The notes: generated by a model not told the origin, from the letters alone. DNA of 64,000 bases from Desulfosudaceae bacterium (GCA_963674745.2 CAXXDV010000001.1:2080001-2144000), one strand, 5' to 3'; counted from the first letter of the stretch, positions 45,903 to 57,420 are shown. Program-made: numbers and translations.

Positions 45903-48580
45903 ATGTCAAAAAATCGCGTCGTCTATCTGATCGACGGTACCGCTTATATCCACCGCGGCTATCATGCCGTGCGCAGTCTGTCCAACTCTCAGGGGCTGCC
46001 TACCAACGCCGCTTTTTCATTTACCCGCATGCTGCAGAAATTCATGAAGGAGCGTCAGCCGGAATACGCGGTGGTGCTGTTTGACGCCAAGGGGCCCACC
46101 TTCCGCCATGAGATATACCAGGAATATAAGGCCAACCGGTCCGCCATGCCCGAAGACATGGCCGTCCAGATTCCTTACATTAAGAAAATCGTGGATGCCT
46201 TCCGGGTGCCCATGCTGGAGATGCCGGGATATGAAGCCGACGACCTGATCGGAACCCTGGCCCGTCAGGCGGTGGACGGGGGCTTTGACGTGGTCATCGT
46301 GTCCGGTGACAAGGATTTCGCCCAGCTGGTGAGCGACCGGGTTACCATCTGGGACCCCATGAAAGAGGTGAGTGTCGACCCGGCCGCGGTTCGTGAAAAA
46401 TTCGGTATTGAACCGGAGCAGGTCATTGACGCCATGGCCCTGTCAGGCGACAGTTCCGATAATATTCCCGGTATTCCCGGCATCGGCCCCAAGACCGCTT
46501 TTTCCCTGATCCGGGAATTCGGATCTTTGGATAAAATTTACGATCAGGTGGATACCATTACCAAAAAGAAGCAGAAGGAGAACCTGGTCAACTTCAAGGA
46601 CCAGGCTTACCTGAGCCGTCAGCTGGTCACCATCGACACCGGGGCGCCGGTGGATTATGACGCGGCAAAATTCCAGGTGGCCGGGCCGGACAACAACGCC
46701 CTGTCGGACCTGTTCGGAGAGCTGGAGTTTTCCGCGCTGCAAAAAGAGTTCCCCAAAAAAAGCGACCTGTCGGGGAAAACATACGCGGCCGTGCTTACCA
46801 TGGACGACCTGGAGCGGCTGGTTGACCGTCTGGGCAGCGTGTCCTGCTTTGCGCTGGATACGGAAACCACCGGCCTTGATCCCATGCGGGCGGAACTGGT
46901 GGGCATGTCTTTTGCCATGGCCGCGGACGAAGCGTTTTATATTCCCCTGGGACATGATTATGAGGGGGTGCCGCAACAGCTTGATCTGAAGGCCGTGTTG
47001 GACAGGCTGCAACCGGTTCTGGACGACGCCGGTATTGTGAAGATCGGTCAGAACATCAAGTATGACTGGACCCTGCTTTCGCGTTACGACGTGTCCATCA
47101 AAGGCCCGGTGTTTGACACCATGGTGGCGGCTTACCTGGTCAACCCGGCCCGGCGGGGATACAGTCTGGATCAGATCGCCCTGGATTACCTGGACCATAA
47201 GACCATTTCCTACCAGGAAGTGACCGGCACCGGCAAAAACGCGATCTGTTTTTCACAGGTCAGCATCGAAAATGCCGTGCCATATGCCTGCGAGGATGCC
47301 GATATAACTTTTATGGCCTATGAACTGCTGGCGGAAAAGTTAAAACAGGACGGTCTGATGGAACTGTTTGAGACCATCGAAATGCCCCTGGTGTCGGTGC
47401 TGATGGCCATGGAAATGCGCGGGGTGACCGTGGACAAAGACGCCCTGCAGGCGTTGTCCAAAGATTTCGAGGGGCAGCTGGCCAACCTGGAAAAAGAAAT
47501 TTACAGCCTGGCCGGCGAGGAATTCAACATCAATTCCCCCCAGCAGCTGGGTGTTATTCTGTTGAGAAGCTGGGGCTGCCGACCCAGAAGAAAACCAAGA
47601 AAAAGACCGGCTACTCTACGGACGCGGACGTGTTGACGGCCCTGGCCGGTCATCATGAACTGCCGGTCATACTGTTGCGTCACCGCACCCTGTCCAAGCT
47701 GAAATCCACCTATGCCGACGCCTTGTTCGGGCTGATCAACCCCGACACCGGCCGCATCCACACCTCGTTCAACCAGACGGCCACGGCCACCGGCCGCCTG
47801 AGCAGCACCGACCCCAACCTGCAGAACATTCCCATCCGCACCGACGAGGGCCGGCAGATCCGGCAGGCCTTTATCCCCCGGCCGGGCTGGACATTCGTGG
47901 CCGCTGACTATTCCCAGATCGAGCTGCGCATCCTGGCCCATTATTCGCAGGATGCCATCCTGATCGAATCGTTTGAAAAGGATGAGGACATTCACACCCG
48001 TACGGCCAGTGAGGTGTTCCAGGTCTTTCCCGAGATGATTACCGAGGATGTGCGGCGGCAGGCCAAGGCCATCAATTTCGGGATCGTTTACGGTATCAGC
48101 CCGTTCGGCCTCTCCCGGGACCTGGGTATCAGCCAGAAGATGGCCAGAAATTATATTGACAGCTATTTTGACCGGTACAGCGGCGTCAAGCGGTTTATGG
48201 ACGAAGCCATCGCTGCGGCCAGGGAGACCAGACAGACCCGGACCCTGTTCGGCCGGGTCCGGTACCTGCCTGATATCGAAAGCCGGAATGCCACCGTGCG
48301 CGGATTTGCCGAGAGGGCGGCCATCAATACGCCCATCCAGGGCACGGCCGCGGATATCATCAAGCTGGCCATGATCGGGGTGGAGAAAGCGCTGGCCGAA
48401 AAGCAGCTGGCCTCTGTCATGCTGCTGTCGGTCCATGATGAACTGGTGCTGGAAAGTCCGCCCGAAGAAATCAAAACGGTTTCCGACCTGGTCCGGGATG
48501 TGATGGAGCACCTCTGCGACCTGGCCGTTCATTTGAAGGTGAATATTGCATCAGGCCCCAACTGGGCGGCCGCCCATTAA
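45903..48580 (+). CDS. polA: DNA polymerase I (1-bp frameshift near 47562, probably a sequence error)
   Basis: 5'-3' exo, 3'-5' exo and polymerase domains; adding one T restores ILFEKLGLP..TGYSTD; ADYSQIELR, VHDE. Confidence 0.93.
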
Positions 48581-48599
48581 CAGGCGCCTGCCTGAACAC

Positions 48600-48960
48600 A
48601 GGCCATATCGGTGTGGGCGTAGGGGCAACCCCCCGTGGTTGCCCTTTGATCGGGCGGCTGTGATCGATTGCCTTGCCGGATTGCAGGCCATATGAATACG
48701 GGCGTAGGGGCAACCCCCCGTGGTTGCCCAATCGCCGGGCAGGCACAGGGGCCTGCCCCTACATTGTTCATGAACGCCTTACACGGCCCGTAGGGGCAAC
48801 CCCCCGTGGTTGCCCTTCTGCCGGGCGGCCACGGGGGGCCGCCCCTACAACATTTGCGAGCGGCCTGCAGAACGGAGGAATGAGCCAGGGGGGCGGGTCC
48901 CCCAAATGACATCTAACACATAACCACCTGATCACTTAACCACTTAACCACATAATCACC
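48600..48960. repeat. GTAG-type REP cluster followed by a degenerate 8-bp tandem tract
   Basis: Five REP units, then CAC(A/T/C)TAA(C/T) repeats. Confidence 0.8.
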
Positions 48961-49008
48961 GAAATATACGAACAGGTTGAATATTTGACAATTTCATCGA
49001 GGTAGAAG

Positions 49009-50442
49009 ATGGAACTAAGAAAAATCGACGACTACAAATGGGAAATACCCCAAACCGGGGCCATGCGCGTGCCCGGTATCGTCTTTGCCAGTGCGGCCCT
49101 GGTGGATGAACTGCGCCGGGAAGAGGCCTGTCAGCAGGTGGCCAATGTGGCTACCCTGCCGGGTATTCTCAAGGCCTCTCTGGCCATGCCGGATATCCAC
49201 TGGGGTTACGGTTTTCCCATCGGCGGGGTGGCGGCCTTTGATATGGACGAAGGCATTATTTCTCCGGGCGGGGTGGGGTATGATATTAACTGCGGCGTGC
49301 GCCTGGCCGCCAGTCGGCTGGAACCGGACGAGGTTTGCCGAGCGGCTGAACATCTGGCGGACGCCTTGCTGGCGGCCATTCCCTGCGGCATCGGTTCGAC
49401 CGGCGGCCTGAAACTTTCCTACGCCGAGGAACGCCAGGCCATTTCCCGGGGCGCGCCATGGGCGGTCAAACGCGGCCTGGGCGAAGCGGATGATATTGAC
49501 CGGACGGAGGACGGCGGCTGCATGCCCGGAGCGGATCCCGGGACGGTCAGCGAGCGGGCCCTGGAACGGGGTAAAAAACAGCTGGGTACCCTGGGGTCGG
49601 GCAACCATTTTCTGGAAGTGGGCGTGGTCGACGCGGTTTTTGACGATCGGGCGGCCGCCCGCATGGGACTGCATAAAAACCAGATCACATTGATGATTCA
49701 CTCCGGTTCCCGTGGATTGGGGCATCAGGTGTGCGACGATTATCTGGCCGTAATGGCCAAAGCGGCCCGCCAGGCCGGGATCGAACTGGCCGACCGGCAA
49801 CTGGCCTGCGCGCCCATCAAGTCAGCGGCCGGGCAGCGCTATTTCAGCGCCCTGGCCTGTGCCGCCAATTTCGCCTGGATCAACCGCCAGGTGCTGCTTC
49901 ATCAGGCCCGTCAGGTTTTCTCCCGGGTGTTCAAAAAAAGTCCGGCCGAAGTCGGGCTGCGGATGGTATATGATATCTGTCATAATATCGCCAAACAGGA
50001 GGACCATGTGGTGGACGGTGAAAAGCGGCGGGTGTGTGTTCATCGAAAAGGCGCTACCCGGGCCCTGCCCGCCGGTCATCCCGCCCTGGGTGAGACGTAC
50101 CGTGACCTGGGCCAGCCGGTGCTCATCCCCGGTGACATGGGGACCGCCTCCTATGTGCTGCTGGGTGGTGAAAACGCCCTGAGTGAAACCTTTGGCTCGA
50201 CCTGTCATGGTGCCGGACGGGTGTTGAGCCGGACTGCCGCCAGAAAATCGGCCCGGGGCCGGAACCTGTTTGCCGAGATGAGCAAACGAGGCGTTGTGCT
50301 TCGTTGTGCCAAAAAGGCCACGGCCGCCGAAGAGATGCCCGAAGCCTATAAGAATGTGGATGATGTGGTGGAAGTGGTGCACCGGGCCGGAATTTCGACA
50401 AAGGTGGTACGGATAAAACCCCTCATCGTCGTCAAAGGCTGA
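49009..50442 (+). CDS. rtcB: RtcB RNA ligase
   Basis: MPDIHWGYGFPIGG, GYDINCG, GSGNHFLE, HRKGAT, HGAGR. Confidence 0.95.
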   Translation: MELRKIDDYKWEIPQTGAMRVPGIVFASAALVDELRREEACQQVANVATLPGILKASLAMPDIHWGYGFPIGGVAAFDMDEGIISPGGVGYDINCGVRLAASRLEPDEVCRAAEHLADALLAAIPCGIGSTGGLKLSYAEERQAISRGAPWAVKRGLGEADDIDRTEDGGCMPGADPGTVSERALERGKKQLGTLGSGNHFLEVGVVDAVFDDRAAARMGLHKNQITLMIHSGSRGLGHQVCDDYLAVMAKAARQAGIELADRQLACAPIKSAAGQRYFSALACAANFAWINRQVLLHQARQVFSRVFKKSPAEVGLRMVYDICHNIAKQEDHVVDGEKRRVCVHRKGATRALPAGHPALGETYRDLGQPVLIPGDMGTASYVLLGGENALSETFGSTCHGAGRVLSRTAARKSARGRNLFAEMSKRGVVLRCAKKATAAEEMPEAYKNVDDVVEVVHRAGISTKVVRIKPLIVVKG

Positions 50443-50499
50443 TCCGGCTTTATAAAACGCTCAATCTCGGCGTTGCGCTGTCCACCCTCGGATTTTCAA

Positions 50500-50610
50500 G
50501 TAGGGGCACCCCCCTGTTGGTGCCCTTTTACCGGGCAGGCACGGGGGCCTGCCCCTACATTGTTCATGAACGCCCGCCACGACCCGGAGGGGCGACCCGC
50601 CGGTCGCCCT
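50500..50610. repeat. GTAG-type REP cluster
   Basis: Same REP family; single units also at 5233-5258 and 15742-15768. Confidence 0.75.
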
Positions 50611-50724
50611 TTCACCGTGGCGGCCTGAAGGGCGTCGCTTTGTAATAAGATTGACACACATGGGCGGCCTTGCTATTCAGAGTGTTAAAACAAACCCGAA
50701 TCTCTTCCATCAGAGACAGACCAT

Positions 50725-52320
50725 ATGAAAATTCATGGCGCTCACAACTTGTTCGTGTTGTTTTTCGCCGGCTACGCCCTGTTTTTGCTGCTGGCACTTC
50801 CCGGTTATGGCCCGACCTGGGATGTCCCCTTGGAGTTTTCACGTGCTACGGCCTATCTGGATAATGCCCTCGGGAATCCCACCCCTTCGGGAATTTCCCC
50901 CTGGCATCAAATGGGTTATGAACACGCCAGATCCAGTATTTGCGGAAGTTTAAACGGCTGTTTGCCCTCGCTGATAGCGGCGGTCAGCGGCAAGATCCTG
51001 TTCGAAAAAAGCGGCTTGATGGGATATATCGATGCCTACCATTGCGGACTGGTATTTTTGTGGCTTATCTTTTTAATTTATTTCTATCTGATGCTGTCAA
51101 CGCTTCACGACCGGCGTACCGCACTCATCGCAACCATCCTGCTGGCACTTGCGCCCCGCGTATTAGGGCACGTACCGAACAACATGAAAGATATCCCCGC
51201 CCTGGCGTTTGCCAGCTTATCTTTGCTTGAGTTCGCTTTGGCAGTAACCCGTAACCGGCCGCGACGAATTTATCTGGCCGGCATTCTCTTCGCCTGTGCC
51301 ATTTCAAGCAAGTTCACCGCGGCAATAGTGGTGGCCCCGGCAATCGTGATGCTGTACCTGGCTTTTCGAAAGACAGACATCCCCAAATCCTTTCTGCTAC
51401 CGATATTGTCGGTTCCGGTCCTTACCCTTGCGGTACTGATCATCCATTGGCCGTACTTGTGGGTTTTGCCGGCGACTTTATGGGAACGGCTGGTGGACCT
51501 GGCAGCGGCTGCCACTTGTCGAAAGGGCTCCGGCGTGCCCTCTATCTATCCGGTCTTGATGACACTGATAACGACCCCGCCCGTCATGCTTTTCGGTCTT
51601 GTCTGCCTGCCGGTTGCCGCTTTACGCCCCCCACGGTTTAAACGGGAGGAGGCCCTTCTCCTTGGTTTTTATGCCAGCTGGTTGTTTTTCGTTCTTTTCG
51701 TCTTCAGCACGGGAAGAATTGCCCTTTTCGATGGTGTTCGTCATTTTTTGTTGTATATGCCGCCGGCAGCGATTCTGTCCGCCTGGGGAATGGTCAGGAT
51801 GTTTGACATGGCAAAGGGAAAAGTGCGCTTTTTTCGAAATATGCCGGCCCGATGGCGCGAGGCCGTTGCCGGGTCGGTCCTGTTGGGCGCCAGCATACTT
51901 CCCGTTGCATTGTATCACCCCTATGAAGTGACGTATTTCAATTTTTTGGCAGGGGGATTGCCGGGAGCGACTCAAATTCAGTTCGGCCCCGAGGTCCTCG
52001 ACTACGAACCGCGTGATTACTGGGCAACCAGTCTCCGGTCCGCAATGAACTGGGTGAACCAGCATCTGCCCGATGATTCGGAGTTGTGGATCTCCATACC
52101 CCGGCACCTCGGCGCTTTATTTGAGCTTCGCCCCGGTCTGTCTCTTGTCAGGCCGGACGAACGTCAGCCCGGCAAGCCATATTACCTGATTTTTGTTAAC
52201 CGGAAGGATTTCTTCACGCCACTGGAATACTACGCCATGAGTAAAGGAGAGCTTGTTCATAAGGTTGAGATAAAAGGGGTAACCCTTTCCAGCGTGTACA
52301 AAATGCCCGATCTCCTCTAA
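50725..52320 (+). CDS. Polytopic membrane glycosyltransferase (GT-C-like)
   Basis: YGPTWD, PRVLGH..NNMKD, DYW; paralogue of 6980-8509. Confidence 0.7.
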   Translation: MKIHGAHNLFVLFFAGYALFLLLALPGYGPTWDVPLEFSRATAYLDNALGNPTPSGISPWHQMGYEHARSSICGSLNGCLPSLIAAVSGKILFEKSGLMGYIDAYHCGLVFLWLIFLIYFYLMLSTLHDRRTALIATILLALAPRVLGHVPNNMKDIPALAFASLSLLEFALAVTRNRPRRIYLAGILFACAISSKFTAAIVVAPAIVMLYLAFRKTDIPKSFLLPILSVPVLTLAVLIIHWPYLWVLPATLWERLVDLAAAATCRKGSGVPSIYPVLMTLITTPPVMLFGLVCLPVAALRPPRFKREEALLLGFYASWLFFVLFVFSTGRIALFDGVRHFLLYMPPAAILSAWGMVRMFDMAKGKVRFFRNMPARWREAVAGSVLLGASILPVALYHPYEVTYFNFLAGGLPGATQIQFGPEVLDYEPRDYWATSLRSAMNWVNQHLPDDSELWISIPRHLGALFELRPGLSLVRPDERQPGKPYYLIFVNRKDFFTPLEYYAMSKGELVHKVEIKGVTLSSVYKMPDLL

Positions 52321-52540
52321 TATCCGATATCATCCAGTAGCCCCGCTATCATACATAACAATTTGTTATTTAAAGCTTTCCTCTTGTGCTGTAAAAAAAT
52401 CATGAAATACGCAATCAGATGCTTATATTAATAATTTAGATCGGGTGAAAATCGTTCCCTCAGTGTGGGAAAAGGCCTTTTAATGTGTCGAAAAAAGTAA
52501 CCTGCCGCTTTTGTGTGTTTTTTCAGGGTTTGATAAAAAA

Positions 52541-52587
52541 ACACTATATATTGATTTTTTTAGTTGACAAATCACAATATGTTGGGA
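52541..52587 (+). promoter_or_regulatory. Tandem NrdR boxes overlapping the nrdD promoter
   Basis: ACACTATATATTGATT (52541) and TCACAATATGTTGGGA (52572), 31 bp apart, flanking TTGACA. Confidence 0.8.
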
Positions 52588-52724
52588 TAGGTTTAATTTC
52601 ATTCCAAGGCAATAAATCAATTTTCATCTGTTTTTTTGGGTTTAAATGATGCAACGTACCTTTGCTGTTGATGGTGGTCGTCACCATTCATGTTTATTAT
52701 CCAGCCGGTTAAAGGAGGCCCCAA

Positions 52725-54896
52725 TTGTTTGAAAGCATAAAGAAACGGGACGGCAGAGTATGTGGGTTTGACTCCCACAAGATTACCGAGGCGATCGCCA
52801 AGGCGGGCAAAGCGACCGGAGAATTCGACCTCCGGGAAGCCAAAAAGCTGACGCTCAAGGTGCTGACGCTGGCCGGCCAGATGGGGCTGGATCTGATTCC
52901 GGAAGTGGAAGAAATCCAGGATATCGTGGAACGGGTGTTGCTGGATTCACCGTTTTACAAGAGTGCCAAGGCCTATATCCTGTACCGGGAACAGCATGCC
53001 CAGATCCGCCAGATCGCCACCCGGGCCAGCGTTAAACTGGTGGAAAGCTATATTGATAATGCCGACTGGAAAATAAAAGAAAACAGCAATATGAGTTATT
53101 CGTTGCAGGGCCTGAACAACTACATCTCCTCTGATGTAACCGCCGAATATTGGCTCAACCGGGTATATCCGCCCAAGGTTCGCAAGGCCCACAAGAGCGG
53201 TGCGATTCATATTCATGACTTGAGCCTGCTGTCCGTCTATTGTGTGGGCTGGGATCTGCAGGACCTGTTGTTTCAGGGCTTTAAAGGCGTTAAAGGAAAG
53301 GTGGAAAGCTCTCCACCCAAGCATTTCCGGTCGGCCCTGGGCCAGATCGTCAACTTTTTTTATACGCTTCAAGGTGAAGCGGCCGGTGCCCAGGCGATTT
53401 CCAATTTTGATACCCTGCTGGCACCCTTTGTCCGGTATGACGGCCTTGACTATGACAATGTTAAACAGGCCCTCCAGGAGTTCGTGTTTAATATCAATAT
53501 TCCCACCCGGGTGGGTTTCCAGACGCCGTTTACCAATATCACCATGGACCTGAAGGTGCCGGTGACGTTGAAAGATCAGCCGGTTATTGTCGGCGGCAAG
53601 TACAGTGATTCCGAAACCTACGCCGATTTCCAGTCGGAAATGGATCTCATCAACCGGGCCTTTGCCGATGTCATGATGGAAGGGGATGCCAAGGGCAGGG
53701 TCTTTACCTTTCCCATTCCCACCTATAATATCACCAAGGACTTTGACTGGGACAACCCCAACCTGGATTCGGTCTGGCGGATGACAGCCAAATACGGCAT
53801 TCCCTATTTTTCAAATTTTGTCAATTCCGATATGTCGCCCGAGGATGCCCGTTCCATGTGTTGCCGCCTGCGGCTGGACAACCGCGAACTGGCCAAGCGA
53901 GGCGGCGGTCTTTTCGGTGCCAACCCGCTGACCGGTTCCATCGGCGTGGTCACTATCAATCTGCCCCGGATCGCTTATGAAGCGGCCACCAGGGAAGCGT
54001 TTTTCGATCGTATCGCCGAACTGGTGACACTTGCCAAAGAGAGCCTGATTATCAAGCGCAAGGTGCTCGAAGCGTTTACCGAAAGTAATTTATACCCCTA
54101 TGCCAAGTTCTATCTGAGTAAGATCAAGGAAACGACCGGATCGTTCTGGAAAAATCATTTTTCCACCATTGGTATTATCGGCATGAATGAAGCCTGCCAG
54201 AATTTTCTCGGCGTGGATATTACCAACGGTGCCGGCCAGGCTTTTGCCCTGGAGGTGATGGATTTTTTGCGGGATCTGCTGACCAGGATACAGGAAGAAA
54301 CCGGTGATATCTTTAACCTGGAAGCCACCCCGGCCGAGGGAACCGCTTTCCGTCTGGCCATGCTGGACAAGGACCGTTATCCGGACATCATCTGTGCCAA
54401 CGAAACCGACGGCCCGAATCGGGCGCCGTTTTACACCAACTCAACCCAGTTGCCGGTGGGTTATACGGACGATATTTACGAGGCCTTGATGTTGCAGGAC
54501 AAGCTGCAGGCCAAGTATACCGGCGGTACGGTTTTCCACGTCTTTTTGGGCGAGCAGGTGGAAGACATCGAAGGCGCCAAGGCCCTGATCCGGAAAATCT
54601 CGGGAAATTTTCATCTGCCCTATTTTACCCTGACGCCGACGTTCAGCATCTGCCCGGAACACGGCTATATCACCGGTGAGCAGCCGTATTGTGCTGCCTG
54701 CGGCTGTGAAACCGAAGTGTATTCCCGGGTAGTGGGGTATCTGCGGCCGGTGGCCCAGTGGAACGACGGAAAACAGGCCGAGTTCACCATGCGGGAGGTG
54801 TTTGACGCCGGTGTCCGGCATGACATGCCCGCCATGTCAATGCCTTCCAAGGATGAAAAGAAGGCTTATGAACAACCTGTTTCCATGGCGCCATAA
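52725..54896 (+). CDS. nrdD: Anaerobic class III ribonucleotide reductase with ATP cone
   Basis: IKKRDGR..FD ATP cone, SMCCRL, EATPAEG, YSRVVGYLRP glycyl-radical loop. Confidence 0.95.
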   Translation: MFESIKKRDGRVCGFDSHKITEAIAKAGKATGEFDLREAKKLTLKVLTLAGQMGLDLIPEVEEIQDIVERVLLDSPFYKSAKAYILYREQHAQIRQIATRASVKLVESYIDNADWKIKENSNMSYSLQGLNNYISSDVTAEYWLNRVYPPKVRKAHKSGAIHIHDLSLLSVYCVGWDLQDLLFQGFKGVKGKVESSPPKHFRSALGQIVNFFYTLQGEAAGAQAISNFDTLLAPFVRYDGLDYDNVKQALQEFVFNINIPTRVGFQTPFTNITMDLKVPVTLKDQPVIVGGKYSDSETYADFQSEMDLINRAFADVMMEGDAKGRVFTFPIPTYNITKDFDWDNPNLDSVWRMTAKYGIPYFSNFVNSDMSPEDARSMCCRLRLDNRELAKRGGGLFGANPLTGSIGVVTINLPRIAYEAATREAFFDRIAELVTLAKESLIIKRKVLEAFTESNLYPYAKFYLSKIKETTGSFWKNHFSTIGIIGMNEACQNFLGVDITNGAGQAFALEVMDFLRDLLTRIQEETGDIFNLEATPAEGTAFRLAMLDKDRYPDIICANETDGPNRAPFYTNSTQLPVGYTDDIYEALMLQDKLQAKYTGGTVFHVFLGEQVEDIEGAKALIRKISGNFHLPYFTLTPTFSICPEHGYITGEQPYCAACGCETEVYSRVVGYLRPVAQWNDGKQAEFTMREVFDAGVRHDMPAMSMPSKDEKKAYEQPVSMAP

Positions 54897-54917
54897 ACAA
54901 AATCACGACGGCTGGTC

Positions 54918-55607
54918 ATGATTATCGGCGGCCTTCAGAAGACGTCGGTTATTGATTACCCCGGCAAAGTGAGTTGTGTGCTGTTCTGTGCCGGTTGTAA
55001 TTTCAAATGTCCGTACTGTCACAACCCTGACTTGATTTCCGTGGCCAATCCGCCATTTATGACGGTTGATCAGTTCTTTGATTTTCTTTCACAGCGCCGG
55101 AATTTTTTAGAAGGGGTGGTGGTGACCGGTGGGGAGCCTTCCCTGGACGACAATATCATGTCGTTATGCCGGGGCATCAAAGAAAAAGGGCTGGCCGTAA
55201 AGCTGGATACCAACGGCAGCCGGCCGGCCATGCTTCAGAAGTTGATAGAAGACAAAGTGGTGGATTACCTTGCCATGGATGTCAAAACCCGGCCGGCAAA
55301 TTACACCCTCCTGGCTGGCAAGAATTTCGACACCGACCGCATCCGGTCCAGTATCAGAATCATCAAGCATTCCGGCCTGCCTTATGAGTTCCGAACCACC
55401 TGCGTCCGGCCATTTGTGGATGAGGCCATTATTCAGAAAATTGTCGATCTTGTCTCCGGCGCGCCGCTTTATGTTTTGCAGAAGTGCCGCACCCGGCGGG
55501 TGCTGGCCCCCGATTTTTTCGCGGACAAGGCGCCTTTCACGGACCAGGAGCTTGAACATTTCCAAAAGGTCGCGGCCAGGAAGGTGGATCGTTGTTATAT
55601 TCGATAG
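54918..55607 (+). CDS. nrdG: Anaerobic RNR activase (radical SAM)
   Basis: GCNFKCPYCHNP, TGGEP, KLDTNG. Confidence 0.92.
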   Translation: MIIGGLQKTSVIDYPGKVSCVLFCAGCNFKCPYCHNPDLISVANPPFMTVDQFFDFLSQRRNFLEGVVVTGGEPSLDDNIMSLCRGIKEKGLAVKLDTNGSRPAMLQKLIEDKVVDYLAMDVKTRPANYTLLAGKNFDTDRIRSSIRIIKHSGLPYEFRTTCVRPFVDEAIIQKIVDLVSGAPLYVLQKCRTRRVLAPDFFADKAPFTDQELEHFQKVAARKVDRCYIR

Positions 55608-56344
55608 ACAAGAACAGAAATGCCAAAGATTATCTGATATTTGCCCTGGATGTGCCCACGGCCGAAGAGGCCCGCAGATATATCGATCTGCTGAACGGCA
55701 GTGTCGGCCTGTTCAAGGTGGGCCTGGAGCTGTTTGTCCGGGAGGGCCGGCAGGTCATCAATGATATCCGGACGGCCGGTGATGCCGGTGTCTTTCTGGA
55801 TTTGAAGCTGCATGATATTCCGGCCACGGTTTTACGGGCCATGAAAAACATTGCCGGCCTCGGCGTAACCTTGACCACGGTGCATTGCGCCGGTCAGCGG
55901 GATATGCTCAAGGCGGCCGTGGAAGGCGCCGGCGGCCGGGTGGGGGTGCTGGGGGTGACCGTGTTGACCAGCGTCAGCGGTCAGGATCTCCGGGACGCAG
56001 GCTTCGCCGCGCCGTACGCCGATGATGTTTCCCGGCTGGTAGCGCTTCGGGCCGCTGCGGCGGCTGAATGCGGGCTGGACGGTGTGGTCTGTTCACCGCT
56101 CGAGGCGCCCATCATCAAACAGGCCCAGGGCGTTGATTTTCTGGCCGTTACACCGGGTATCCGTCCCGCTTCTCAGGCGGTTGCCAAAGACGATCAGCAT
56201 CGGGTCATGACACCGGCCGCAGCCGTCAAAAACGGTGCCGATTATGTGGTTATCGGCCGCCCCATCAGGGACGCCGACGATCCCCGGGCAACAGCCGAAC
56301 AGATTTGCGGTGAAATTGAAAAAACGCTCTTATCCGGAGACTGA
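55592..56344 (+). CDS. pyrF: Orotidine-5'-phosphate decarboxylase
   Basis: FALD, FLDLKLHDIPATV, TPGIRP, VIGRPI. Confidence 0.95.
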   Translation: MLYSIDKNRNAKDYLIFALDVPTAEEARRYIDLLNGSVGLFKVGLELFVREGRQVINDIRTAGDAGVFLDLKLHDIPATVLRAMKNIAGLGVTLTTVHCAGQRDMLKAAVEGAGGRVGVLGVTVLTSVSGQDLRDAGFAAPYADDVSRLVALRAAAAAECGLDGVVCSPLEAPIIKQAQGVDFLAVTPGIRPASQAVAKDDQHRVMTPAAAVKNGADYVVIGRPIRDADDPRATAEQICGEIEKTLLSGD

Positions 56345-56362
56345 CTTCAATCGAGAAAAAAA

Positions 56363-57298
56363 ATGGCAAAAACAAAACTGGCGGTTTTTATTATGCTGAT
56401 GACCCTTTTGGGCGGTTGTGCCCCGACCGATCTTTATGTTTCCCGTTTGTTCAGCCCCGGTTTGCCGGAATCCGGCGATGTGTGCGTCACCTGGCTGGGG
56501 ACGGCCGGCATGCTGGTTTCCGACGGGCAGACGAATATCCTCATTGATCCGTTTGTCAGTCGCTACGGGTTGCTGCGGGTCGGTCTTGGTTTTTCCCTGC
56601 CGTCCAAACCGGACCTGATCAGTGACTGGTTGAAACGCGTCGGGTGTAACAGCGCGGAGGCTGTTCTGGTCAGCCATTCTCACTTTGATCACGTCCTGGA
56701 TGCGCCTTTTTTTGCCCGCCAGACGGGGGCTGTACTGGTGGGATCCGAAAGTACGCTCAATGTCGGCCGCGGGGCGGGCCTGCCGGAAACACAACTGGTG
56801 AAGGCGCAACCGGGGCAGCCGCTTGAATTCGGGGCGTTTACGCTGCGGTTTATCGAAAGCCGTCACGGTCCGGCCCTGTTCGGTCGTGTGCCTTATCCCG
56901 GCACGATCGATCAGCCGCTGACACCGCCCCAAAAGGCCTCGGCCTACAGGCTCGGGGGGGTCTACGGAATACTTATTGAACATCCGTCCGGCACGATTCT
57001 TCATCACGGCAGCGCCGGTTTTTTACCGGGAATGTATGATGACGTGCGGGCCGACGTTCTTCTTCTGGGCATTACCGGCCGTGAGGACACCATGACCTAT
57101 CTGGCGGCCGTGCCTGACAAGGTCCGGCCGCACCTGTTGATTCCGATCCATTTTGACGATTTTTTCACCCCCCTGGATGACCGGATAGACTTTCTGTATT
57201 CGTCACATTTCCGGGAGTTCATTGATGCGGTAGACGAGCACGGCACTTACATGGTCTATACCCTGCCCATCGGCCAGGCGATGCCCATATTACCGTAG
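56363..57298 (+). CDS. MBL-fold metallohydrolase, probable lipoprotein
   Basis: LGGC lipobox, HSHFDH..D, PIHFD. Confidence 0.85.
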   Translation: MAKTKLAVFIMLMTLLGGCAPTDLYVSRLFSPGLPESGDVCVTWLGTAGMLVSDGQTNILIDPFVSRYGLLRVGLGFSLPSKPDLISDWLKRVGCNSAEAVLVSHSHFDHVLDAPFFARQTGAVLVGSESTLNVGRGAGLPETQLVKAQPGQPLEFGAFTLRFIESRHGPALFGRVPYPGTIDQPLTPPQKASAYRLGGVYGILIEHPSGTILHHGSAGFLPGMYDDVRADVLLLGITGREDTMTYLAAVPDKVRPHLLIPIHFDDFFTPLDDRIDFLYSSHFREFIDAVDEHGTYMVYTLPIGQAMPILP

Positions 57299-57390
57299 GG
57301 GCACGGCGTGCCGTGCCCCCGGCCAGGCGCAGGACGGATAATCACGTAGGGGCACCCCCCTGTGGGTGCCCTTTGAGCGGGCCGCCCCTG
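57295..57390. repeat. GTAG-type REP cluster
   Basis: GTAGGGGCACGGCGTGCCGTGCCCC and related units. Confidence 0.75.
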
Positions 57391-57420
57391 CTAACCCGAA
57401 AATTTCATGAAATATTCGGG

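Noticed and set aside
3846..48532. Long antisense ORFs (e.g. 3846-5066, 13986-15149, 38917-40083, 47501-48532)
   Set aside because: They are shadows of GC-rich genuine genes on the opposite strand and carry no recognisable motifs.
49009..50442. rtcB as part of an RNA-repair or defence system linked to the toxins or intron
   Set aside because: It is a stand-alone gene in a housekeeping context more than 10 kb from the array, with no rtcA, rtcR or Ro partner visible.
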